64,000 nt of DNA. Source: Planctomycetota bacterium (GTDB lineage Bacteria; Planctomycetota; PLA2; JAEUHO01). The stretch covers positions 32,001 to 96,000 of the forward strand of contig CBDCWP010000038.1 in NCBI GenBank assembly GCA_965223505.1, given 5' to 3'. The notes under the pieces were generated by a model. The model saw nothing but the letters and a program-made list of their open reading frames with translations, was not told the origin of the DNA and ran no database searches. Both the position numbers and the translations under genes were made by a program. Numbering within the stretch: the first letter of the stretch is position 1; each line of letters starts with the position of its first letter. Shown here piece after piece: positions 11,099 through 21,732 of the stretch.

Positions 11099-12046
11099 AC
11101 GTCCCGCGGTCGAGGAGGGCACCGCGTGGAGCCCGCGCGAGGACGACGAAGCGGCCTCGACGCGCCCAGCCAACGTGCCGCCTAGTCGTCGTCTTCGTCG
11201 TCCCGGGGCTGCGCCAGCGTGTTGTACGTTCCGCGCGTAGCGGGCGGCGCGTTGGATGGGATGCGGAAGGTCGATGAGGAGGACGACGCGTGGTAGCCCA
11301 CGCGCGGACGACGAAGCGGCCTCGACGCGCCCAGCCAACGTGCCGCCTAGTCGTCGTCTTCGTCGTCCCGGTGCTGCGCCAGCGTGTTGTACGTTCCGCG
11401 CGTAGCGGGCGGCGCGTTGGATGGGATGCGGAAGGTCGATGAGGAGGACGACGCGTGGTAGCCCACGCGAGGACGACGAAGCGGCCTCGACGCGCCCAGC
11501 CAACGTGCCGCCTAGTCGTCGTCCTCGTCGTCCCGGGGCTGCGCCAGCATGTGTACGTTCCGCGCGTAGCGGGCGGCGCGTTGGATGGGATGCGGAAGGT
11601 CGATGAGGAGGACGACGCGTGGTAGCCCACGCGAGGACGACGAAGCGGCCTCGACGCGCCCAGCCAACGTACCGCCTAGTCGTCGTCCTCGTCGTCCCGG
11701 GGCTGCGCCAGCATGTGTACGTTCCGCGCGTAGCGGGCGGCGCGTTGGATGGGATGCGGAAGGTCGATGAGGAGGACGACGCGTGGTAGCCCACGCGAGG
11801 ACGACGAAGCGGCCTCGACGCGCCCAGCCAACGTGCCGCCTAGTAGTCGTCCTCGTCGTCCCGGGGCTGCGCCAGCATGTGTACGTTCCGCGCGTAGCGG
11901 GCGGCGCGTTGGATGGGATGCGGAAGGTCGATGAGGAGGACGACGCGTGGTAGCCCACGCGAGGACGACGAAGCGGCCTCGACGCGCCCAGCCAACGTGC
12001 CGCCTAGTAGTCGTCCTCGTCGTCCCGGGGCTGCGCCAGCATGTTG
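11099..12046. repeat. Tandem array of 164-165 bp units, each containing a hairpin element and a copy of the rho 3' end
   Basis: cctag anchors at 11181, 11346, 11511, 11675, 11839 and 12003 (spacings 165, 165, 164, 164, 164). Five full units plus a degenerate partial unit at about 11099-11180. Confidence 0.97.
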
Positions 12047-13338
12047 AGGAACGCCTCGTTGTCCTTGCTGTCGTCCATCTTGTGGATCAGCAGCTCCATG
12101 GCTTCCGCGCTGCGGACCCGGTCGATCACACGCCGCAGCGTGTAGATCTTCTCGAGCAGGTCCGGCCGGATCAGCTTCTCTTCCTTCCGCGTGCCGGAGA
12201 GTCCCACGTCGATCGCGGGCCAGATGCGCTGCTCCGCCAGCTGGCGGTCCAACACCAGCTCCATGTTGCCGGTGCCCTTGAACTCCTCGAAGATCACCTG
12301 GTCCATGCGCGAACCGGTCTCGATCAACGCCGTGGCGATGATCGTCAACGATCCGCCGTCCTCGACGTTGCGCGCGGCGCCGAAGAAGGCCTTCGGCTTC
12401 TCCAACGTACGCGAGTCGATGCCACCCGACATCGTGCGGCCGCCGCTTCGCTGCAGCAGGTTGTAGGCGCGCCCGAGACGCGTCAGCGAGTCCATGAGGA
12501 TCACGACGTCGCGCCCCGTCTCCACGAGACGCTTCGCCTTGCGCAAGACCATCTCGGTCAGCTTCACGTGCATCTCGGGCGTGTTGTCGTTCGTCGACGC
12601 CACGACCTCGCCGGTCGTCGCGCGCTTGAACGCCGTCGCCTCTTCCGGACGTTCGTCGACGAGCAGGATCATCAGGTACGCGTCGGGATGGTAGTCCTGC
12701 ACGGCCTGCGCGATCTTCTGCAGGATCACCGTCTTGCCGGCGCGCGGCGGCGAGACCAGCAGCCCGCGTTGGCCGAAGCCGATCGGGCAGAGCATGTCGA
12801 TGATGCGCAGCGTGATGTCGCCGTTCGCCGACAGGTTCATCGGCCGGTCGGGATCGATCACGGTGAGCTCGTCCCACTGCGGCGTCTTGTGGTAGAGGTG
12901 CGGCGCGACCCCGCAGATCGAGAGCGGCTTGATGAGCTGCGGGTTCTGCCCGCGGCGCTTCGGCGGCCCCATCTCGCCGTCGATCGTGACGCCGTTGCGC
13001 AGGCCGTACTGGCGAACGACCGCCGGGGCCACGTACGCGTCGTCGTTCGACGCCGCATACGTCTGGTCGGGGCGGCGCAGGAATCCGTGCCCGTCCCGCG
13101 TCGCATCCAGGACGCCGAACTCGTAGAGATCGAGCGTCGAGGGCGGCTCGAACGGGTTCGCCGGGTCGGGCGCGGGCGGATCCGGCTTGTCCGTCAGGGA
13201 CGTGATGATGCCGGCGTCGTCCCACGCGCTGTTGCTGACGCTGCTGCTGGCGCGTGCGCCACCGCCACCGCCGCCGCCCCCTCCCCGGGAACGCCCACGG
13301 CCGCCACGGCGTCTGCGTCTGCGACTTCCTGTCGCCAT
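12004..13338 (-). CDS. rho: Transcription termination factor Rho
   Basis: GFLR RNA-binding motif, PIGFGQRGLLVSPPRAGKT, LLVDERPEE, MDSLTRL, FFGAARN and EEFKGTGNMEL. GAGGA precedes ATG 13338. Confidence 0.95.
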   Translation of the reverse strand: MATGSRRRRRRGGRGRSRGGGGGGGGGARASSSVSNSAWDDAGIITSLTDKPDPPAPDPANPFEPPSTLDLYEFGVLDATRDGHGFLRRPDQTYAASNDDAYVAPAVVRQYGLRNGVTIDGEMGPPKRRGQNPQLIKPLSICGVAPHLYHKTPQWDELTVIDPDRPMNLSANGDITLRIIDMLCPIGFGQRGLLVSPPRAGKTVILQKIAQAVQDYHPDAYLMILLVDERPEEATAFKRATTGEVVASTNDNTPEMHVKLTEMVLRKAKRLVETGRDVVILMDSLTRLGRAYNLLQRSGGRTMSGGIDSRTLEKPKAFFGAARNVEDGGSLTIIATALIETGSRMDQVIFEEFKGTGNMELVLDRQLAEQRIWPAIDVGLSGTRKEEKLIRPDLLEKIYTLRRVIDRVRSAEAMELLIHKMDDSKDNEAFLNMLAQPRDDEDDY

Positions 13339-13567
13339 ATCGGGTCCTCGCAATGCGATTCACTTCAGAGCGGCTGCGACCCAGGCCCTCGATTGGGCCC
13401 GAGTCCCGTCATTCGCCGGCGCGGTCCGCACGCATCCATTGCAGGGTGCCCAAGCCGAAGATGCCCCCGCTTGGGTGTGGCTGCGCGCGAACGTCGCCCC
13501 GAATGATGGCAAATGCCATGAGTGGGAAGCCCGTTCAGGAGGCCTCCCGGCGCTCTGCGCGGATGGA

Positions 13568-13595
13568 ATGCTACGTCCTCCCCCGGCGCAGGCAA
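13568..13595 (-). promoter_or_regulatory. Candidate sigma70 promoter for rho
   Basis: Minus strand reads TTGCCT-N16-TAGCAT. Motif match only. Confidence 0.3.
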
Positions 13596-13741
13596 CGAGA
13601 AACCACGGAAATGCCTGATCGACGCGTCGAATTCCGGTCCCTCCCGGCCCGAGGGCCCCGCGCAGACGTCGACGGGTCGCGGGCCGAGCGGCTACCTTGT
13701 GCAACCTTTCCCGCGGACTCCCCGCGGCCCTGGAACAGCTC

Positions 13742-15139
13742 ATGGACTTCGACGTTTCCACCCTCGGCCCGTGCCGCAAGAAGGTCTCGGTGACGATCTC
13801 CCCGGATCGCATCCAAGAAGCCTTCGACAAGAAGTACGACGAGATCAACGACAACGTGGCACTGCCGGGCTTCCGGCGCGGTCGCGCGCCCCGGCGCCTG
13901 CTCGAGAAGCGCTTTTCGGACAAGCTCGGCGACGAGGTGAAGGAAGAGCTCGTCAAGGCGGCCATGGAACAGCTCGTGGACGACAAGAAGGTCGAGCCGC
14001 TGGCCGCGCCCGAGATCGACATCGAGGCGCTCGAGCTCGATCCGAGCTCCGAGATGAAGTTCGAGTTCGAGCTGGTGACCAAGCCCGAGTTCGAGACGCC
14101 GAAGTACGCCGGACTCGAGGTCAAGGTGCCCCCGGTCGAGGTGACGACCGAGCACGAAGACAACGCGATCGACGACCTGCGGCGCCGCAGCGCGACGCTC
14201 GAGAACGCCGACACGACCGTCGACGACGGCGACGTGTTGATCCTCGACTGGGAAGCGCGCGACGGCGACAGCATCGAGTCGCAAGACACCAACGTCTACT
14301 ACCCCTTCGGCCGCGGCGTCCTGGCAGGCTTCGTCGTCGAAGGCTTCGACGACCAGCTGCGCGGCAAGAAGGTCGGCGCGGAGGCCACCGCGACCGTCCA
14401 GGTCGCCGCAGACGATCCGCGCGAGGAACTTCGCGGCCGGGAGCTCGCATTGACGGCGACGCTCAAGGAAGTGAAGCGGTACGTTCTGCCGGAGATCGAC
14501 GAAGCATTCTTGAAGCAGCACGACTACGACGACGCGGACGAGCTGCGCGCCGACATGAACAAGCAGCTCACCCGCGCGATGAAGCGCAACCAGGAGCGCG
14601 ACGCCGAGACACGCCTCGTCGATCAGATCGTCGACGCGGTCGAGATCGAGCTGCCTGAAGAGTTCGTCGAGCGCGAGCTCGAGACCTGGGCGCAGCGCAA
14701 GCGAATGTCGCTGCAGGTCGAGAACGTCGCCGAGGATGAGATCGCCAAAGCGGTCGACGCCGACGCCGACGACGCCAAGTCGTCGATCGAGCAGGACATG
14801 CGCAAGTTCTTCCTGCTGGATCGCATCGCGGACGAAGAGGAGATCGAGGCGACGGAAGCCGACATGTCGGCCGCGATCCAGGAGATGGCCATGGCTTACG
14901 GCCGGCCGTTCGAGGAGATCGCCGGCTCGTTCCGCGACCCCAACCGCCTGAGCGAGCTCAGGACGATGATTCGCCATCGCAAGGCGCGCGAGCGCATGCG
15001 GACCGTCGCGAAGATCGTCGAAGACGCGTCGCTCGCGGAGCCGAAGAAGGCGGCGAAGAAGAAGGCGGCCAAGAAGAAACCCGCCGCGAAGAAGAAGGCC
15101 GCCAAGAAGAAGGCGGCGAAGAAGAAGACGGCGAAGTAA
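13742..15139 (+). CDS. tig: Trigger factor with a Lys/Ala-rich C-terminal tail
   Basis: PGFRRGRAP ribosome-binding motif, FKBP-like middle region, and position directly upstream of clpP-clpX. Confidence 0.9.
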   Translation: MDFDVSTLGPCRKKVSVTISPDRIQEAFDKKYDEINDNVALPGFRRGRAPRRLLEKRFSDKLGDEVKEELVKAAMEQLVDDKKVEPLAAPEIDIEALELDPSSEMKFEFELVTKPEFETPKYAGLEVKVPPVEVTTEHEDNAIDDLRRRSATLENADTTVDDGDVLILDWEARDGDSIESQDTNVYYPFGRGVLAGFVVEGFDDQLRGKKVGAEATATVQVAADDPREELRGRELALTATLKEVKRYVLPEIDEAFLKQHDYDDADELRADMNKQLTRAMKRNQERDAETRLVDQIVDAVEIELPEEFVERELETWAQRKRMSLQVENVAEDEIAKAVDADADDAKSSIEQDMRKFFLLDRIADEEEIEATEADMSAAIQEMAMAYGRPFEEIAGSFRDPNRLSELRTMIRHRKARERMRTVAKIVEDASLAEPKKAAKKKAAKKKPAAKKKAAKKKAAKKKTAK

Positions 15140-15178
15140 CCCGAATCAAGGTCTCGAACCAACAGCGTGGAAGCACAC

Positions 15179-15868
15179 ATGTCATTCGACCCGTACGCGC
15201 ACGGCAACGAGCAATTCACCAAGGGCCCGTGGGGCTACATCCCCAACCCGACGATCATCGAGCGAACCGGTCGTGGTGAGCGCCACTACGACATCTGGAG
15301 CCGGCTGCTGGAGGACCGCATCATCTTCCTCGGCACGCCGATCAACGACACGGTCGCCAACTTCCTGACCGGGCAGCTGCTCTTCCTCGAGAAGGCGGAT
15401 CGCAACCGCGACGTGCACCTGTACATCAACAGCCCCGGCGGCTCGATCAGCGCCGGCCTCGCCGTGTACGACACGATGCAGTACATCTCGTGCCCGGTTG
15501 AGACCGTGTGTATCGGGAGCGCGGCCAGCATGGGCGCGCTGCTGCTCGCGGCGGGCACGCCCGGCAAGCGCTACGCGCTGTCGAACGCGCGCATCATGAT
15601 CCACCAGCCGTGGGGCGGTGCGCAGGGCACGGCGGCCGACATCGAGATCCAGGCCGAGGAGATCCTCGAAGCGCGGCGCATCATCAACGGCATCCTCGCC
15701 AGCCATACGGGCCGCCCGATCGAGGAGATCGAGCGCGACACCGAGCGCGACAAGTACCTCGCCGCGAACGACGCCCGGGAGTACGGCATCATCGACGAGG
15801 TGCTGGAGCCCAAGAAGGGCCCGGGCGCCGACGCGAACGACGGAAAGTCGGGCGAAAACGGCAAGTAA
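15179..15868 (+). CDS. clpP: ATP-dependent Clp protease proteolytic subunit
   Basis: [28 protein letters not shown] (catalytic Ser) and MIHQP (catalytic His). Confidence 0.96.
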   Translation: MSFDPYAHGNEQFTKGPWGYIPNPTIIERTGRGERHYDIWSRLLEDRIIFLGTPINDTVANFLTGQLLFLEKADRNRDVHLYINSPGGSISAGLAVYDTMQYISCPVETVCIGSAASMGALLLAAGTPGKRYALSNARIMIHQPWGGAQGTAADIEIQAEEILEARRIINGILASHTGRPIEEIERDTERDKYLAANDAREYGIIDEVLEPKKGPGADANDGKSGENGK

Positions 15869-15997
15869 CAGGACGTGGCCCGTCGTTTGCCGGATGTAAA
15901 CACCGGTCCCTGCATCGGTTGCACATCGGAACCTGGGCGCGGCTGCGCCGCACGCTAGACTTACGGCGCCCCGAAAGCTCAGCGGAGAGATCAGCGG

Positions 15998-17304
<1,307 letters not shown>

Positions 17305-17308
<4 letters not shown>

Positions 17309-18354
17309 CCCCCTCGGACGCGCAGACCGTCTCCCTCTCTGCGATGTCGCCGGCGGAGATCGAAGCGCTCGTCGTGAGCTGGGACGAGCCCGCCTACCGC
17401 GCGAAGCAGATCTTCCAGGCCGTGCAGCGCGACGGCGTGCTGGATCCGGATCGCATCACGACGTTGCCGCTGGCGCTGCGCGAGCGCATGCAGGCGTCCT
17501 GCACGCCGGCGACGAAGCTGGTCGAGGCGCAGACGTCCGCCGACGGCACGCGCAAGTACCTCTTCGAGCTTCGCGACGGGAAGCGCGTCGAGTCGGTGCT
17601 CATTCCCGAGGGCGACCGCGCGACGGTATGCGTCTCGGCCCAGGTCGGGTGCCCGATTGCCTGCGTGTTCTGCGCGTCGGGCGTCAAGGGCCTGATTCGC
17701 AACCTCGATGTCGCCGAGATCGCGGAACAGCTGCTTCACGTCGCCGCCGACCTCGGCAAGCGGCCCACCAACATCGTGATGATGGGCATGGGCGAGCCGC
17801 TGCTCAATCTGAAGAACGTCGCGGCGGCGATTCGGCTCTGGACCCACGAGCAGGGCATGAACTTCTCGCCGCGGCGCATCACGGTCTCGACGGCCGGCAC
17901 GCCCGCGAAGATCGACCAGCTTGCGGAGATGGCGCTCGGCGTCCAGCTGGCGATCTCGTTGCACGCGCCCAACGACGAGGTGCGCGCCGAGCTGGTTCCG
18001 GGCAGCCCGCAGGGGCGCGTTCGGGGACTCGTCGATGCCGCCGCGCGATTCGCCAAGTCCACCCGCCGCGATGCGACGGTCGAGTACGTGCTGATCGGCG
18101 GGCTGAACGACCGCCCGGAGCACGCCCGCGACCTGGCGGACGCGGTGCGCGGCCGGCACATCCACGTCAATCTCATTCCGCTCAACCCCGTCGGGCACCG
18201 TCCGGACCTGAGACCACCGTCGGACGTCGCGGCGGAGGGGTTCGCGCGCTACCTCAAGGAACGCGGCGTGTCGGTCACGCTGCGCACGCAGCGCGGCGAG
18301 GACATCGACGCCGCGTGCGGACAGCTTGCGTTGGAGCGCTCTCTCAGCGAGTAG
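17305..18354 (+). CDS. rlmN: 23S rRNA/tRNA A-C2 methyltransferase RlmN (radical SAM)
   Basis: [19 protein letters not shown] and IDAACGQL. Confidence 0.9.
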
Positions 18355-18398
18355 CGAATCCGGTTCGCGGCGCGCGCCGTTCCGCGTAGCTTGCCCCG

Positions 18399-18728
18399 AT
18401 GGACGTCACCGAGGACCTCGTTCGCCACGTCGCGCAGCTGGCGCGTCTCGATCTCACCGAGGAAGAGGTGCGTTCGATGCAACCCCAGCTGGCGCGCATC
18501 TTCGAGCACGTCGAGGGGCTCCAGTCACTCGACGTCGGCGACGCGGACCCGGCGACCCTCGCCCCCATCGACCTGGAGGCGCTTCGGGACGACGTCGAAG
18601 GCCCGACGCTGACGACGCGCGAGGTGATGGGCAACGCGCCGGATCACGACGGCTTCTTCATCGTCGTGCCGCGCTTCTTCGACGACGACGGCGGCGCCTC
18701 CGACGGCGAAGACGGGGACGCGCCGTGA
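18399..18728 (+). CDS. gatC: Asp/Glu-tRNA amidotransferase subunit C
   Basis: HVAQLARL, LRDD and NAP...FFIVVPR; sits immediately upstream of gatA. Confidence 0.9.
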   Translation: MDVTEDLVRHVAQLARLDLTEEEVRSMQPQLARIFEHVEGLQSLDVGDADPATLAPIDLEALRDDVEGPTLTTREVMGNAPDHDGFFIVVPRFFDDDGGASDGEDGDAP

Positions 18729-20209
18729 CGCACCCGCTCGACACGTCCGTCGCCGAGATGGCCCGCCGCGTGCGCGATCCGGACGACGACCTGACCGCGC
18801 GCGCGCTCGTCGACGAGAGCCTGCGCCGCATCGAAGCCCTCGACGAGCGCGTCAACGCGTTCCTGTGCACGACGGCCGAGCTCGCGCGCGATCAGGCGGG
18901 CGCCGTCGACGCGGCCGTGACGGCAGGCAAGGACGTCGGCGCGCTGGCGGGCGTGCCGTTGGCGGTGAAGGACAACCTGGCCGTTCCGGGCGTGCCCCTG
19001 ACGTGCTCGTCGAAGATCCTCGGGGACTACGTGCCGCCGCGTTGGGCGACGAGCGTCGAGCGCGCCGTTGCCGCCGGCGCGTGCATCGTCGGCAAGACCA
19101 ACCTGGACGAGTTCGCGATGGGCTCGTCGACCGAGAACTCCGCCTTCGGCCCCACGCGCAACCCGTTCGACCTCGAGCGGGTGCCGGGCGGTTCGTCGGG
19201 CGGCAGCGCCGCGGCGGTGGCCGCCGGCATGGTGCCGCTCGCCCTGGGCAGCGACACGGGCGGCTCGATCCGCCAGCCCGCGGGACTGTGCGGCATCACG
19301 GGCATCAAGCCGTCGTACGGACGCGTTTCGCGCAACGGTCTCGTGGCCTTCGCGTCGAGCCTCGACCAGGTCGGGCCGCTGGCGCGCTCGGTGGACGACG
19401 CGACCACGTTGCTGGATGTGATCGCCGGCCCCGATCCGCTCGACGCCACGACGGTAGCGTACGACCACGGTGTGTCGAGCAGCACGGCCGACGACGTGCT
19501 GTCCGGTCTGCGCGTCGGGCGCGTCGAGGAGTTCGCGCTGGCAGGCGACGAGTACACCGACGCCCGCGAGTCGGTGGAGGCCGTTCGCGAGCGGCTCTTC
19601 GATGCGGGCGCGACCGACGTGCCGCTGTCGATGCCGATCACGTCGGGTTCGATCCCGATCTACTACGTCGTGGCGCCGGCGGAGGCATCGAGCAACCTCG
19701 CGCGGTTCGACGGCGTGCGCTACGGCATCCGCGAGCGCGGCGACAGCTTGCAGGACCTGTACGCGCGCACGCGCGACGCGGGGTTCGGCGCCGAGGTCAA
19801 GCGCCGCATCCTGATCGGCACGTTCGCGCTGTCCGCGGGCTATGCGGACGCGTACTACAAGAAGGCGATGTCGGCACGCGCGGCCTTACGCGACGGGTTC
19901 CGCGCGGCGTTCGAGGAGGCGGACGTGATCGTCTCGGGAACGACGCCCCAAAGCGCGTTCCGCATCGGCGAGAAGACGGACGACCCGCTCTCGATGTATC
20001 TGTGCGACGTGCTGACGGTCGCCGCCAACCTGGCCGGCGTTCCGGCGATGTCGATTCCCTGTGGCACCGACGCGAGCGGACTGCCGCTGGGCTTGCAGGT
20101 GTGGGCGCCGCTCGGCCGCGAAGACCGCATGATCGCGGTCGCGCGCGCCATCGAAGCCATGTTGCCGAATGCGCCGCGTTCTCCATTGGCCGAGGAGGTG
20201 TCCGCATGA
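18725..20209 (+). CDS. gatA: Asp/Glu-tRNA amidotransferase subunit A
   Basis: Amidase signature GKTNLDEFAMGSS, GGSSGGSAA, GSDTGGSIRQP and EASSNLARFDGVRYG. GTG 18725 overlaps the gatC stop. Confidence 0.95.
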   Translation: MTHPLDTSVAEMARRVRDPDDDLTARALVDESLRRIEALDERVNAFLCTTAELARDQAGAVDAAVTAGKDVGALAGVPLAVKDNLAVPGVPLTCSSKILGDYVPPRWATSVERAVAAGACIVGKTNLDEFAMGSSTENSAFGPTRNPFDLERVPGGSSGGSAAAVAAGMVPLALGSDTGGSIRQPAGLCGITGIKPSYGRVSRNGLVAFASSLDQVGPLARSVDDATTLLDVIAGPDPLDATTVAYDHGVSSSTADDVLSGLRVGRVEEFALAGDEYTDARESVEAVRERLFDAGATDVPLSMPITSGSIPIYYVVAPAEASSNLARFDGVRYGIRERGDSLQDLYARTRDAGFGAEVKRRILIGTFALSAGYADAYYKKAMSARAALRDGFRAAFEEADVIVSGTTPQSAFRIGEKTDDPLSMYLCDVLTVAANLAGVPAMSIPCGTDASGLPLGLQVWAPLGREDRMIAVARAIEAMLPNAPRSPLAEEVSA

Positions 20210-21648
20210 GCACGCCTCGGCTCATCGTCGGCATGGAGGTGCACCTGCAGCTCAAGACGAAGACGAAGTGCTTCTCCGCGAGCCCGGTGAACTTCGGCGC
20301 CGATCCGAACTCGCTGACGGATCCCGTCGTGCTGGGCCTGCCGGGCGCGCTGCCGGTCCTCAACCGCGAGGCCGTGCGACTGGCCGTGCGCACGGGCTTG
20401 GCGTTGGGGTGCGAGATCGCCGACGTCACGAAGTGGGACCGCAAGAACTACTTCTATCCGGACCTTCCGAAGGGCTACCAGATCAGCCAGTACGACAAGC
20501 CCTTGTGCGTGAACGGCGCGGTCGAGATCGACGACGACGAGGGCAATCCGAAGCAGATCCGCATTCGCCGCGCGCACCTCGAAGAGGACACGGGCAAGTC
20601 GACCCACGACGAAGGCGGCGCGAAGTCGCGGGTGGACCTGAACCGCGCGGGCACGCCGCTGCTCGAGATCGTGTCGGAGCCGGACATCGCTTCGTCGGGC
20701 GAAGCGGCGCGATACCTCGACGCCTTGCGCGAGATCGTCGCGTACGTGGGCACGTCGGACGCCAACATGGAGGAGGGCAACCTGCGCTGCGAGCCGAACA
20801 TCAACCTGGTGTTCGAGAACGGCGACCGCTCCCCCATCGTCGAGGTCAAGAACGTCAACTCGGTGCGCAACGTGGCGAACGCGATCGAGTACGAGATCGT
20901 GCGCCAGACGAAGGCGTACGAGGAGAACGGCGAGACGATCGAGAACACACCGCGCTCGACGCGCGGATGGCACGACGACAACGAAGCGACGGTGCACCAG
21001 CGCTTCAAGGAATCGGAGGACGACTACCGCTACTTCCCGGAGCCCGATCTGCCGCCGCTGCGCATCGCGCGGGACTTCGTGGAGACGGAACGCGCTGCCT
21101 TGCCGGAGCTCGCGCGGGCGCGGCGGGCGCGTTACGAGGCCGAGTATTCACTCTCGACGTACGACGCGGGCGTGTTGACGGCCGATCCGGCGGTGTCGAA
21201 CTGGTTCGAGGCGGTGCTGGACGTCGGTCGCGACCCCAAGGCGGCGGCGAACTGGGTGACGGGCGAGCTGATGCGTCACTTGAACGAGCACAAGCTCTCG
21301 TTGGCGGACGTGAAGCTGGCGCCGGCGGGCCTCGGCGAGCTGATCGACCTGCAGTCGGCTGGCACGATCAACGCGCGGACGGCGAAGGAGCTGTTCCGCG
21401 AGATCGTGTCGACGGGCGAGTCGGCCAAGCAGCTCGTGGACGAGCGCGGGTTGGGGCAGGTCTCGGACACGGATGCGATTCGCGCGGCGTGCGAGGCGGC
21501 GATCGTGGCGCAGCCGGCGGCGGCCCAGGACTTCAAGTCGGGCAACGACAAGGCGATCGGCCGACTCATCGGCGAGACGATGAAGGCGCTCGGCGGCCGC
21601 GGTGACCCGGCGCTGGTGCGCAAGGTTCTGATCGAGCTGTTGCGCTAG
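20206..21648 (+). CDS. gatB: Asp/Glu-tRNA amidotransferase subunit B
   Basis: GMEVH, RKNYFYPDLPKGYQISQ, HLEED, DLNRAG and DYRYFPEPDL. GAGGAGG precedes ATG 20206. Confidence 0.95.
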   Translation: MSTPRLIVGMEVHLQLKTKTKCFSASPVNFGADPNSLTDPVVLGLPGALPVLNREAVRLAVRTGLALGCEIADVTKWDRKNYFYPDLPKGYQISQYDKPLCVNGAVEIDDDEGNPKQIRIRRAHLEEDTGKSTHDEGGAKSRVDLNRAGTPLLEIVSEPDIASSGEAARYLDALREIVAYVGTSDANMEEGNLRCEPNINLVFENGDRSPIVEVKNVNSVRNVANAIEYEIVRQTKAYEENGETIENTPRSTRGWHDDNEATVHQRFKESEDDYRYFPEPDLPPLRIARDFVETERAALPELARARRARYEAEYSLSTYDAGVLTADPAVSNWFEAVLDVGRDPKAAANWVTGELMRHLNEHKLSLADVKLAPAGLGELIDLQSAGTINARTAKELFREIVSTGESAKQLVDERGLGQVSDTDAIRAACEAAIVAQPAAAQDFKSGNDKAIGRLIGETMKALGGRGDPALVRKVLIELLR

Positions 21649-21732
21649 CGGTCCGGTTGCGTGAGTGGGGGGCAGCTCCTCTCCGAGAAAGGCTCGGGGC
21701 TGTGCGTCGTGACCACGGCGCCCGCCCTAGCC

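Noticed and set aside
11028..11958. Repetitive ORFs across the array (MGYHASSSSS..., MGCGRSMRR...)
   Set aside because: The unit length is mostly not a multiple of 3, so frames shift between units. The products look like translation by-products of the repeat.
11099..12046. CRISPR array interpretation of the rho-downstream repeat
   Set aside because: Units are nearly identical over their whole 164-165 bp, there are no unique spacers, and no cas genes are present.
13600..13741. tRNA upstream of tig, as seen in many bacteria
   Set aside because: No cloverleaf or T-loop/CCA pattern could be identified by eye.
18326..20205. Long N-terminal extensions of gatA and gatB in the ORF track (similar cases for TPP II, 43898-46102 and 60949-63438)
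   Set aside because: They overlap well-supported upstream genes. Internal starts with a ribosome-binding site or stop/start overlap fit better.
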